A stretch of DNA of 64,000 bases from Octopus vulgaris (taxonomy: Eukaryota), in NCBI GenBank assembly GCA_951406725.2, contig OX597820.1, forward strand, positions 93,496,001-93,560,000, written 5' to 3'. The notes under the pieces were generated by a model. The model did no database searches. It was given only the letters and a program-made list of their open reading frames with translations, and had not been told where the DNA came from. How positions within the stretch are numbered: the first letter of the stretch is position 1; each line of letters opens with the position of its first letter. Both the position numbers and the translations under genes were made by a program. Of this stretch, positions 53,727 to 64,000 are shown piece after piece.

Positions 53727-54271
53727 TAGGGTGATCTGACACATTTGGAGGCTTAATAAAAGCACAAAATAAGAAATAATGAAAAGAAAAATTTTATTTT
53801 CTGAATGTACATATAATGTCATTTTATTTCATTAAGTTTTAAAAATTAAATCAGCTAAATGCTTCCCATCACTGTCAACACACTGTTGGAGACGTTCATG
53901 AAAGTTATTGATAACTCTATGGATCATTTCTTCTGGAATGGTGAAATGTGATTTCTTCTTGTGGGGATATTAAAAATCAAAAGTATTCAGTCATCGCCCT
54001 CGATCTATTGATGAATTATAACGTGCAATTTGTGTAGAAATAGCAACCATTCCAGAAGAAATGAGCCATAGAGTTATCGATAACTTTCATGAACGTCTCC
54101 AACAGTGTGTTGACAATGATGGGAAGCATTTAGCTGATTTAATTTTAAAAACTTAATGAAATAAAATGGCATTATATGTACATTCAGAAAATGAAAATTT
54201 TCTTTTCGTTATTTCTTATTTTGTGCTTTTATTAAGCATCCACATGTGTCAGATCATTTTGGTCCACCCTG
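53727..54271 (+). mobile_element. Fold-back mariner/Tc1 derivative with about 210-bp inverted arms built from the transposase 3' end
   Basis: 53731-53942 is the reverse complement of about 54047-54257. The interior reads CDFFLWGY*KSKVF...ERLQQCVDNDGKHLADLILKT*. Ends in ccaccctg|TA. Confidence 0.88.
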
Positions 54272-54287
54272 TATATAATTAAATTAT

Positions 54288-54563
54288 TAAATAGAGCTAT
54301 GAATGATGTTCACCATACTCCTTCCTATGATCTTTTTAGAGCAAATATATAACTGAAACATCAGTTAGTCCATTGAAATATTTCCCCCAGTAATAATCAA
54401 CAAAAACAAGAAATTTTTCCTATTATTCATGGTCGGTCGGTAGAGGAATAATATTATTGCTAGGGGAAATATTCCAGTAGACTAACTGATGTTTCGGTTA
54501 CATATTCAGTCAAGAAGGATTATGGGGAGGAGTATGGTTCACATCATTCATAGCTCTATTTAA
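54288..54563. mobile_element. Palindromic MITE (about 110-bp diverged arms)
   Basis: taaatagagctatgaatgatgt... pairs with ...acatcattcatagctctattta. Confidence 0.8.
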
Positions 54564-54790
54564 CTATTTATATAAATCTCATACTTTGCTATAGAATTAT
54601 TTTATTTAAACCTAGTTCTAGGAATATATTCTAAAGGTTTCACATTTTCGTATAAAGCCAGCAACTTTAAGAGAAAGGTACAAGTCGAATACATCAACTC
54701 CAGGGTCCAACAAGTAATTATGCTATCAACTCCGAAGGGATGAAAGGCAAAGTCAACCTCAACGGAATTTGAACTCTGATCGTGAAATGT

Positions 54791-54830
<40 letters not shown>

Positions 54831-55235
54831 TAATAATAATTGCTTGTTAGTTGTTTGACCTTAACCAGTTGACCATGTCCCTTAGTGTCTGACGATATGT
54901 GCATCTCTGATCACGAGCAGAAGTAGTAGGGGAGCATCATAGTCGTGTGTTGAAAGGAATTCTTAGTGGTTTCGATAATTCACCTTTGGAAACATGGGTG
55001 GTTCGTTCAACGTCCTTATTCAGGGACCTTTTGAGCAGAATGGGCTACTCAACCAGAAGAAAATTCTAACTGGGCCCCACCTGCAAGGTCATGCGCTGTT
55101 TATCTTGATATGAGATCACCATGTCGCGCACATATGGTTGTGATGCATGTGCCTGATGTACCCTTATCAGACGGGTAGTCATGATGGGTATACTGGGCTT
55201 CGTATATTTTACCCCAGTGTCACTTTGTTAATAAT

Positions 55236-55292
<57 letters not shown>

Positions 55293-57090
55293 GTGCTTAT
55301 TATATACAGTAGCTCAGGAGAATTAAATCTGGTCAGAAAAGGTTAAGAGAGAGGACAGGGAGTAAACAAAAATCAAACAAAGAAATGTAGTAATGGAAAC
55401 AGGGAACAGTAGGAAGACTAAAACATAAAAATCGAGAGAAGTAAACATTAAAAGAGATATAACGAACAATTGTGTATACGTATGTCAGGAGCAGTGTTGG
55501 CGAATTTCTGGGATCTTTTCTGTTTGGCTTTCACTTACTGAAAGTTTAGAATTATAAAGGAAAAATCCTCAATGAAATTTTTTTGCAAAAATCCACCCCA
55601 CCCCAAAAAACACCTTATGTTTTACTGTAGTAGTAGTTCCGTTCAACTAGCAGTAGTTTAAAACACACATTTTAAATCTCAAGGTAGGCTCAGACGACAT
55701 TGTAAGTTTAGAGCTCTATTCGGTCTGCGATTGGCGAAATAAACAGATTCCCTCTAACAGGCGCTCTCTACTACGTCCGATTGTTACTTACATAATGTGG
55801 CCGCTGCCATGTTTAATTGAGTTCCTAGGGTTTCTTTCATTTCGTTTCTCTAAAGGACTCTCGGCTTGTAGCTTGGTTCTGTCGCATTGTGCTGGCGTCT
55901 CCCACACAAGAGCAATTTTTCTTCCACGTGTGTCGGCAGTGTAGACCAGACTCAGTACCGTCATCTCAGGCTCACTAGAAACATTTCTATCAAGTCTGTA
56001 GTGGATCTTGCATGCATGAAGTGGATTCAATCCACCATAGCCAAATTTAAATTAGCACTGCAACAGAACTTTTCCCACGGTGGAACAATGGTTTTTCTCT
56101 GACAGCGGTTTTACATTATCCAGATGCCTTTAGCTAGGCCGAAATAATGTCTTCGCCACTTGACCCTTTCTAACTTCTTCTACTTCACCAAAAGCTAGAA
56201 TAGAGATAACAAAACCACCAACTAAATCTATTGTTCTCAATGATATATCTATCCTTCTGGATAGTTATAAAAGCAAGCACACCCCAAGCAAAAATCAGTT
56301 AGTCACAGTCGGTAACGACTCAACCAAGTAGTCACTTCGATGACAACGAAGTCTGGCTGACCAGCTAGAACCTTGGTCAGAGGGAGAAATGAAGTTTACT
56401 GTCAGCAACTGTGAGACAACACCCTGCAATTCTCTCTAGCTCTAATTCTGTTCTCTTACAACATCATTCTATCGCTATCTGTGGATTACTACTAACTATT
56501 CGTATACCGCCAAACAATGTAATGAAACATTCTACCGCATCAAACTTTAATTCGCATGCTTTTGGATTTATCATAACATGCCCGTCGAGGCAAGGTATTG
56601 TAACGTAACGGTAAATAAATATTTCCTTAAAACTTCATGCATTTTTCATCTTTCACATCGTACTGTATGCGATTATAAGAATAAATTTTTATCGTTACAA
56701 CTGCTGGCTCCGACATTTCATAATAATGTTTACTGATCAATTTGTCCCGCCACAATTGGTGACTCCGACAATATCATCATATTGTATACCTAATCAATAC
56801 CTCCCGTTACAAGTCTCTTTCTATATGCACAAATCACATCCAACGTCTAACGCCACGCATTCATTTACTGCTAATACACCATAGACATCTCAAACGGGAT
56901 GCAACTCGTCTCTGTACAGTACACTTCTGGTACGAAATGCTCCAGGTGATATGAATCTGAAGTTCTTACTCATGTATGACTTTCAGAATTTATGCAAAGT
57001 TTTTTTTTTTGCCTCTCATCTGGCGTTTAAATAAGAAGACATGGATGATTAAAAAGCCCTTTCGAAGAGTAGGTAACAGGAATTTTTGTT

Positions 57091-57430
57091 CATTTACATT
57101 ATTTACATTCGATGGATATTTGTCCTCATCTTGTTTGTTGTAAACACAACATTTCGGCTGATATACCCTCCAGCCTTCATCAGGTGTCTTGGGGAAATTT
57201 CGATCCTGGGTTCTCATTCCTAAGGTATTTTCGATGTTGTTGTTGTTGTTATTATTTTAATTATTATTATTATTATTATTATCATCATTATTACTATTAT
57301 TATTATTATTATTATTATTCAGGTCGAAACGTTGTGTTAACAACAAACAAGATGAGGGCAAATATCCGTCAAATGTAAATAATGTAAATAATGTACATAA
57401 TTCCTCATCTCTTAAATATAGAACTGTATT
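57091..57430. mobile_element. Penelope-like repeat with inverted terminal segments
   Basis: 57091-57156 is the reverse complement of 57325-57390. It contains a hammerhead motif and an internal (TTA)n tract. Confidence 0.65.
57143..57188 (-). ncRNA. Minimal type I hammerhead ribozyme motif
   Basis: GACAC-CUGAUGA-AGGCUG(gaggguauau)CAGCC-GAAA-UGUU-GUGUU: intact core, 5-bp stem II, stem I GACAC/GUGUU. Confidence 0.7.
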
Positions 57431-57540
57431 ATCTTTTGTTCAGTTGTAGAATAGTACAGTGCCAGTCGTAGTATTTCCATCAAAACTACGCAATTTAGAC
57501 AATGCACTAAGCAACTGAATGAGATTAAATGAGCTTTCTG

Positions 57541-57960
57541 AATATATTCCCAAGAATACAACTTCTTTGCTTCAGCCAATGGATCAAGGCATGACAGCTA
57601 ACTCCAAGGCATATTATCTGAAAAGAACTTTCAAACAATTTATAAACGCAATTGATAGGGAGGATGAACCAACAATTTAAGACTTTGGGAAAAAGTTCAA
57701 CATAGGGGATGTAGTGAATAATAAAGACAAATCATGGGATGGAGTGAAACCGCAACTATGAATGATGCTAGGAAAATATATGGCCTGTATCCATGACTTT
57801 ATAAGTTTCCCACGAACAGAAAGTCTATCTCAAACTCGGAATGATAAGATAAACTTCCAAATGTGCAGGGTCTGAAGAAGTCATAGAGGACGACGCATGA
57901 GTTGCTAGCGTCCAATACCGAAAATTCATTTAATGGGAAACTGATATTGATCGAAGAAAA
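57541..57960 (+). mobile_element. Decayed Tigger/pogo transposase fragment
   Basis: FPKNTTSLLQPMDQGMTANSKAYYLKRTF motif followed by stops and frameshifts. Confidence 0.85.
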
Positions 57961-58435
57961 GCAATCTGAAAATACTGAGGAGAAAACCGAAATTCTACCA
58001 GTTCCACTTAAATTTACTGCTAAGAATGTTGGGACTTAAAAAGTTTTGCTGATAACAACCTTATTTGTGAATGTAATATTAAAATTACAACAGGAGTTTG
58101 CAATAAGCTCAGTTCCTACATTAGGCTGTTCAAAAATGATGTGTCACAAACATCAAACAATTTTTGATAAGTTCTTCGCCCCATAAGCAACTGTTGGCGG
58201 TGATGAATTGTAAGGCAGAAAATAGTGTCCCCTATCCTCTCTGTAACTCTCATCTCACCACCATCTCTCTTCTAACTTCACTTGAATTGTAAAGTTTATA
58301 AAATGGGAATATCAAAACTAGTTTCTTACTGCACGATTGTAAATGATTGCTTAATGGGATCTTACGGGCATCATGGTTCCGAATTTGTTGCAGTGTACTC
58401 GTGTTCGTCCCGATAATGAGTTTGCAGGCTAGCCA

Positions 58436-58467
<32 letters not shown>

Positions 58468-58518
58468 CCTTCTCAATTCAGGGATTTGATACAGTAGATT
58501 TGATTTCTGCTTTTGATA

Positions 58519-58563
58519 AGTTTGATAAGTACCACGAACGAAACTCTCACCCCTTGAGTCACT
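58519..58563 (+). ncRNA. Possible variant hammerhead motif (U3-A8 core)
   Basis: AGU-UUGAUAA-GU(accacga)AC-GAAA-CUC(ucaccccuu)GAG-UC-ACU. Stems I and II are very short. Confidence 0.35.
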
Positions 58564-58582
58564 GTGTAACTTCTGTAGATTA

Positions 58583-58709
<127 letters not shown>

Positions 58710-58806
58710 GGAGTAAGCACATAAGTGTGAAACAAGGTGGAAAAAAAGAGTACTCAAACACCAGAGGTAGAGTAATATGCTTTATTTGAAAGCAGCAGAA
58801 ATATAA

Positions 58807-58855
58807 CAAAAGCTGTTACTCAGAGTTTCACGTTCCCGTTTGTCGGACAGTTTTG
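58807..58855 (-). ncRNA. Degenerate hammerhead motif in a Penelope-like repeat
   Basis: CAAAACUGU-CCGACAA-ACG(ggaa)CGU-GAAA-CUCUGAG-UA-ACAGCUUUUG. All three stems are present, but the core has two changes from CUGANGA. Confidence 0.5.
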
Positions 58856-59719
58856 TTAAAATAGAGCAGAAATATATACACACGCACATACACACACACA
58901 CACACACACACATGTATGTATGTATTTACAGCATGGTCGTAGTCCAGTGACTGAAACAAGATAAAGAAGATAGGAGAAGTAGGCGTACGTTGAACGTAGA
59001 AAATATTCAGGAAATAAACAACTAGATTCTATCGACATGAAAAACAAATCGTTGAGTTAGACTTAACACATTTAATGCAGGAAACATTAAATATGTTAAC
59101 TAGATATAATTATGCAGCAAAGAGAGAGCAACAACAACAACAACAACATTCAACCAATGACCAACTTCATTTTGAGTGTTTCACTAAGTGGTACAGGACA
59201 TTGGCTTATATTGGCTCTATATTCACTAGCTTTTCAGAGAATTTCCAACAGCAGCGAATGACATCTCTTTATTCATTCATTTATTGCAATAAATAATTTG
59301 TTCTTTTTTTTTGTTGGTGCACTTCGTCTCTTTTCTTTTTCGTTTTTCTTTTCTTTTTTTTTTTCTTTTTTTTTTTGATGATGATGATCAGAGAAGGACT
59401 GCCTGGCACAGCGAATGGGACACACCTGCATCCGTCCGGTTTGCTGACGTTATAGGAGAAAATAAATGTCAATAATTGCGGGTTAGTGTTGTTGGGTCCG
59501 GTATGAGGCGTGGAAACTCTTTTAGGAAATGCGTCCCATTTTTGTTTTAAAGATCATAACCTGGTGACATAAGAGCATGTGAGGTACAGACAGTGGTGGT
59601 GAGGGTTGGCGGTGGTGGTGCGTGGTTTTAGTGGAAAAGAGATGAAGAAGAAGAAGAGCGGCAGAGGATGTAAAGGAAATAGAATGAGAGTCTAATGGAT
59701 GTTTGTGTTCGTGGAGGGG

Positions 59720-60216
59720 AGATTAGAATAGAAAAGAGAGAAAGAAAGACAGAGAGAAAGAAAGACAGAGAGAAAGAAGGATGGCAGGGGAGACAGAGAG
59801 GGGGAGGAGGGGCAGAGGGAAGGAGAAAGAGAGACAGATATGACTGGAGATAACATATACATATGCATACAAAAGAATGTATATGAGAAGAGAGAAGAGG
59901 AGAGAAAGATACAGAGAGTCAGAGAAGGAGACAAAGGGAGAGAGAGAGGAAAAGAAAGACATGGAAGGAGAGAGAGGGAGAAAGCGATGGTGAGATAGAT
60001 AAAAAGAGAGAGAAAGGTATATAGAGGGCGAGAGAGAAAGATACAGAGAGTCAGAGAAGGAGACAAAGGGAGAGAGAGGAAAAGAAAGACATGGAAGGAG
60101 AGAGAGGGAGAAAGCGATGGTGAGATATATAAAAAGAGAGAGAAAGGTATATAGAGGGCGAGAGAGAAAGAGGAGAGATGAAAAGATTTGAAGAAAGTGA
60201 GAGAGAAAGTGAAAGC

Positions 60217-60256
<40 letters not shown>

Positions 60257-60450
60257 TAGGAAAGATGAAAAGAAAGATTAGAATAAAGACAGAGAGAGAG
60301 AGAGAGAGAGAACGCGAAAGTGAGATAGCATGAGAGAGAGGGAGAGAGAGACAAGGAGAAGGAGAGATGAAAAGAAATATTAGAATAAAGGGAGAGAAAG
60401 GATGAGAGCGAGAGAGAAGGAGAGATGAAAAGAAAGATTAGAATAAAGAT
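59720..60450. repeat. GA-rich low-complexity tract with an internal tandem duplication of about 130 bp
   Basis: agagaaagatacagagagtcagagaagg... starts at both 59901 and 60033. Confidence 0.9.
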
Positions 60451-61042
60451 GAGTTATCTGAAAGGCAGTTAGTGAAATTCAGCGAATCTCGTGTTTTCCA
60501 TTACCATATCATTATCGCATTCAATTCCTTGATGTGGCTCAGCAAATTCCACTTGTGGTCTTCTTATATCGCAGCTGTCTCCAATCTTTGTTTTTTTTCC
60601 ACCACAGACCAGTTTCATGAAAGACAATTTTTCCACAGACGCGCATAACAAAAACACGATAAAGTGCACAATATACAATTAATCGTTGCACATATATTAC
60701 ATATAAGAAAATGACATGACAAAGAAAGAAAAAATATATATCTTATGAACACCATTAGCTTACAGTTGTTTTTGCTGTAATATGCAGTGAACTCATAGTT
60801 GCGTGCCTGAGTAACACCTTATAGCTTCATCAGAACTTCAAATATGAAGCCATATGCTGATGAAGTTCATAAGATAAACGTTTATTTCTTTGTCATCTTA
60901 CTTTCTTATTACCGCTCTGTACTCGACTAGTGCTTCATTTAGAGGCATACGTATATTGAGTTCTACACCAGGTTATTAGTCTTGCAATGCCTAAGCGAAA
61001 TATCATAATACATCTATTTATCTATTTATCTATCTATCTATC

Positions 61043-61797
61043 TAATTATAATTAGGGTTCAGCTAATTGCTTCACCACACACCGAATTTAGAAATAGGCG
61101 TTAAAATTCCTTTTCTGGTACTATAAGAATCTCCATGACGGTAACATACTTTTTTACGAAGGCAAAGAGCAAAACAATGAATCAACACAACCAGGATTAA
61201 TTATATACGCGTTTCGAGATTAAAGTGATGTAAATTTTACTTACTTCTCTCTTCAGTATAGTATTTCCAATTATAAAATTTGAAAGTGCTAGGGTTAAAT
61301 ATGCACACGATCGAGCGACATCATGTAACAGATATCCAACCAACACTTCCAAAATTTAGAGCCGAATGTGAATACACAATTCAACCCCTATACCCACTTG
61401 TATGCTACGAGCAGTACTGCAGAAAACTGCAGTATTCTATCATGGAGTAAATCATAATTTTAAATTAATAATAAAAGGGTACAATTTATTAATTAAATTA
61501 ATTAATTAATCAATCAATTAATTAATAATTTCATCAAGTAGATCGGTACGTTAAAATAACCTTTATAGGTAAAATTATACAAATATTTTATAATTATAAA
61601 CATAATTATAATTAGAGTTCAGCTAATTGCTTCACCACATACCGAATTTAGAAATAGGAGTTAAAATTCCTTTTCTGCTACTATAAGAATCTCCATGACG
61701 GTAACATACTTTTTTTTACGAAGGTAAAGAGCAAAACAATGAATCAACACGACCAAGATTAACTATATACGCGTTTCGAGATTAAAGTGATGTAAAT
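61043..61797 (-). mobile_element. Penelope-like non-autonomous repeat with a direct duplication of about 190 bp
   Basis: 61043-61235 is repeated at about 61603-61797. The second copy is cut within the hammerhead motif. Confidence 0.65.
61200..61262 (-). ncRNA. Type I hammerhead ribozyme motif
   Basis: UAUA-CUGAAGA-GAGA(26-nt loop)UCUC-GAAA-CGCG-UA-UAUA: intact core, palindromic ACGCGU stem III, GUA cleavage triplet. Confidence 0.72.
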
Positions 61798-62649
61798 CAC
61801 TTTATGTATAAGTGAAAGCGTGGTAATAAGAAGATTGCTTCCCAACCACATGGTTCCGGATTCAACTCACTGTGTGTGCCAGCATACATACATTTCTGTG
61901 ACGACTGACACACACACACACACAAATACACACACACACACACACGCATCTAAAGACAGAGACAGACACACACAGGGGCAGAAATAGGCTTCACGTATGC
62001 GTTAATGTACATGTGTGTCTCTTACTTTATGTATGTAACTACCCCCCCCCAAAAAAAAAAATACCCCAGTGAAACGCGCCGATATTGAAAGTTGACTTGT
62101 GGCTGGACTTCAAACAACAACGTTCACTTTCAAGTAATACGAACGTTGAAGATTTGACTGATTTAATACCACTCACAATACTCGCAAATATATCTGGAAA
62201 AAAAATATTATTCTGGTTATTATAGCAAATTCGGAAACGTGGCGAAGTAGAAAGCCTCAGCGGCTCTTTCGATATAATTACAAAAATGTTATTCCACTCC
62301 TTCTAACCAGTTTCAAGATAATGTTTAACAGTCCTTGTATTCTTCATCACTGTGTGTATCAACGTCCCACAACCTTCTTACTGCATTACTCAGTATTTAT
62401 TCTACAGCCTATAATGTTACACAGTTCAAAAACAGTATCTTCCTTCTTATTTACTTTGTTCAGCATTTGTTTCAAAATTGTAAAATAAATTATTTTTGTA
62501 TGCAAAACTGAATTATGCCTTCTGAATTTTCTTGGACTTTCACTTTCTTTACTCTGACATTCATTCAATTGTGAATTTTACAACGCTTAGGACATATTCC
62601 AAATAAATGTTCACTTTCTGTACTTTCTTACATTACTCTCTTTTTTTTT

Positions 62650-63044
62650 TACTCTTTTACTTGTTTCAGTCATTTGACTGCAGCCATGCTGGAGCACCGC
62701 CTTTAGTCGAACAAATCGACCCCAGGACTTATTCTTTGGACGCCTAGTACTTATTCTATCGGTCTCTTTTGCCGAACCGCTAAGTTACGGGGACATAAAC
62801 ACACCATCATCGGTTGTCAAGCGATGTTGGGGGACAAACACACAAACACACACACGCATATATATATATATACATATTATACGACGGGCTTCTTTCAGTT
62901 TCCGTTTACCAAATCCACTTACAAGGCTTTGGTCGGCCCGAGTCTATAGCAGAAGAGACTTGCCCGAGGTGCCACGCAGTGGGAATGAACCCGGAACCAT
63001 GTGGTTGGTAAGCAAGCTACTTACCACACAGCCACTCCTGCGCC
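62650..63044 (-). mobile_element. Full-length SINE family A
   Basis: Reverse complement of 9249-9640. Confidence 0.9.
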
Positions 63045-63429
63045 TACCACATTGGTAACGCATACTAACTTTTGCTAAATTGGTGACTTTCCATTTTTTA
63101 TAGCATAACTATGCTACAGAAAGTACGTTTTGCGCCTATGTTGACTACCTTTCGTTTCGCTTGAACTTCGTGTGTGTACGTTTTGCTGTTTTCAATATTA
63201 TCACTTCTATCAGTGTGTGTGTGTGAGCTGGAACTACTGCTATCTACTGAGGATGAACACAAATGGCTCGAAACCGTACGGTCTGGTAGTCCCGTCGCTA
63301 GAAGATGGTAGAGGTTCACTCCCCTGCTTGCAATATATATCGAGTGCAGACTGCATCGACTAACTGGCTAGAGGAGGCGTCCCCCTCGGGTTAAAATGGT
63401 AGTAACATCGGTTTCTAAGGAACAGCCAT

Positions 63430-63691
63430 GTTGAAGAGGCTATAAATATTTTCTACATAGTTTCTCCCATTAGTGACATGAAGATCGTTGCGCTTTGTGA
63501 TATTTACATTATCCCAATTCTGTAACTCCACATTTCTGTCCATTTGGGTACGTTCATTCCCAATGCGTTCCTTCAGATGATTCATTTCTGCGATTTTCAT
63601 TGAGTACGCCTTCTTCAGCATATCCCCCAAAAAGAAGTCAAGGGGTCTATTAGCGATATTTCCCGTGCATCCAAACTTTATGGTTACCCTG
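63430..63691 (-). mobile_element. Internally deleted mariner/Tc1-superfamily fragment
   Basis: A TA|cagggt terminus at 63691 is joined to a PLDFFL(W)G...MNHLKERI transposase C-terminal remnant. Confidence 0.6.
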
Positions 63692-64000
63692 TATAATGTA
63701 AAAATTTTCTGTAGACCGTGATAGTCAATAAAATAGAAATAAAATTCAGAAATTTATTCTTGCTGTGCGGCCCAGTATCAAATGGGTGGATACCTGTGAT
63801 ATACTTCTTTCACTGGTGGTTCGTTCATGCACGACCATATGCATCATATGCATTAGATGTATAATATAGTAGTGTCAATTATGTTACATGACAAAACCAC
63901 TTCATTTTCAACCTTCTAACAATTGACGGAAGAGTTTCATGCATCAGTTTTCTCAACAATTTCTTCCCTGACACTATCGTTATGTCAAAATTTATATACC

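Noticed and set aside
55788-56400. GC-richer segment ending at a strong minus-strand gtaagt donor near 55791
   Set aside because: All frames contain stops upstream, and there is no recognisable domain or partner exon. Probably a decayed repeat.
59390-59562. Possible terminal exon of a minus-strand gene (caccag acceptor after a pyrimidine-rich tract)
   Set aside because: Only 1-12 codons before a stop in any frame, and no upstream exon identified in the window.
59692-60354. 220-aa hydrophobic Leu/Ser ORF
   Set aside because: Translation of a (CT)-rich low-complexity tract.

Overview
AT-rich, repeat-dense eukaryotic DNA. The SINE, LINE and microsatellite content suggests an octopus or other coleoid cephalopod (inferred, not proven). 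The main feature is a complete 10-coding-exon minus-strand ZRSR2 gene (U2AF35-related splicing factor), ATG at 51740 to stop at 17533, 1665 nt, 554 aa. I assembled it by hand from GT-AG junctions with matching phases, and most of its exons are absent from the ORF track. At the left edge, two short minus-strand exons (1014-1066 and 187-259) splice in frame into a 41-aa ORF with a strong Kozak context, a candidate microprotein or peptide uORF. The rest is transposon-derived: a near-intact CR1/L2-group LINE plus two 5'-truncated copies, a gag-integrase-only LTR element, Tc1/mariner, pogo, piggyBac-like and Helitron-like pieces, RTE fragments, several tRNA-derived SINE families, and Penelope-like repeats carrying minimal hammerhead ribozyme motifs. 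The LINE's ATG-less ORF2 meets ORF1 at a canonical G_GGA_AAC -1 frameshift heptamer. All coordinates were read by eye, and repeat boundaries are approximate.
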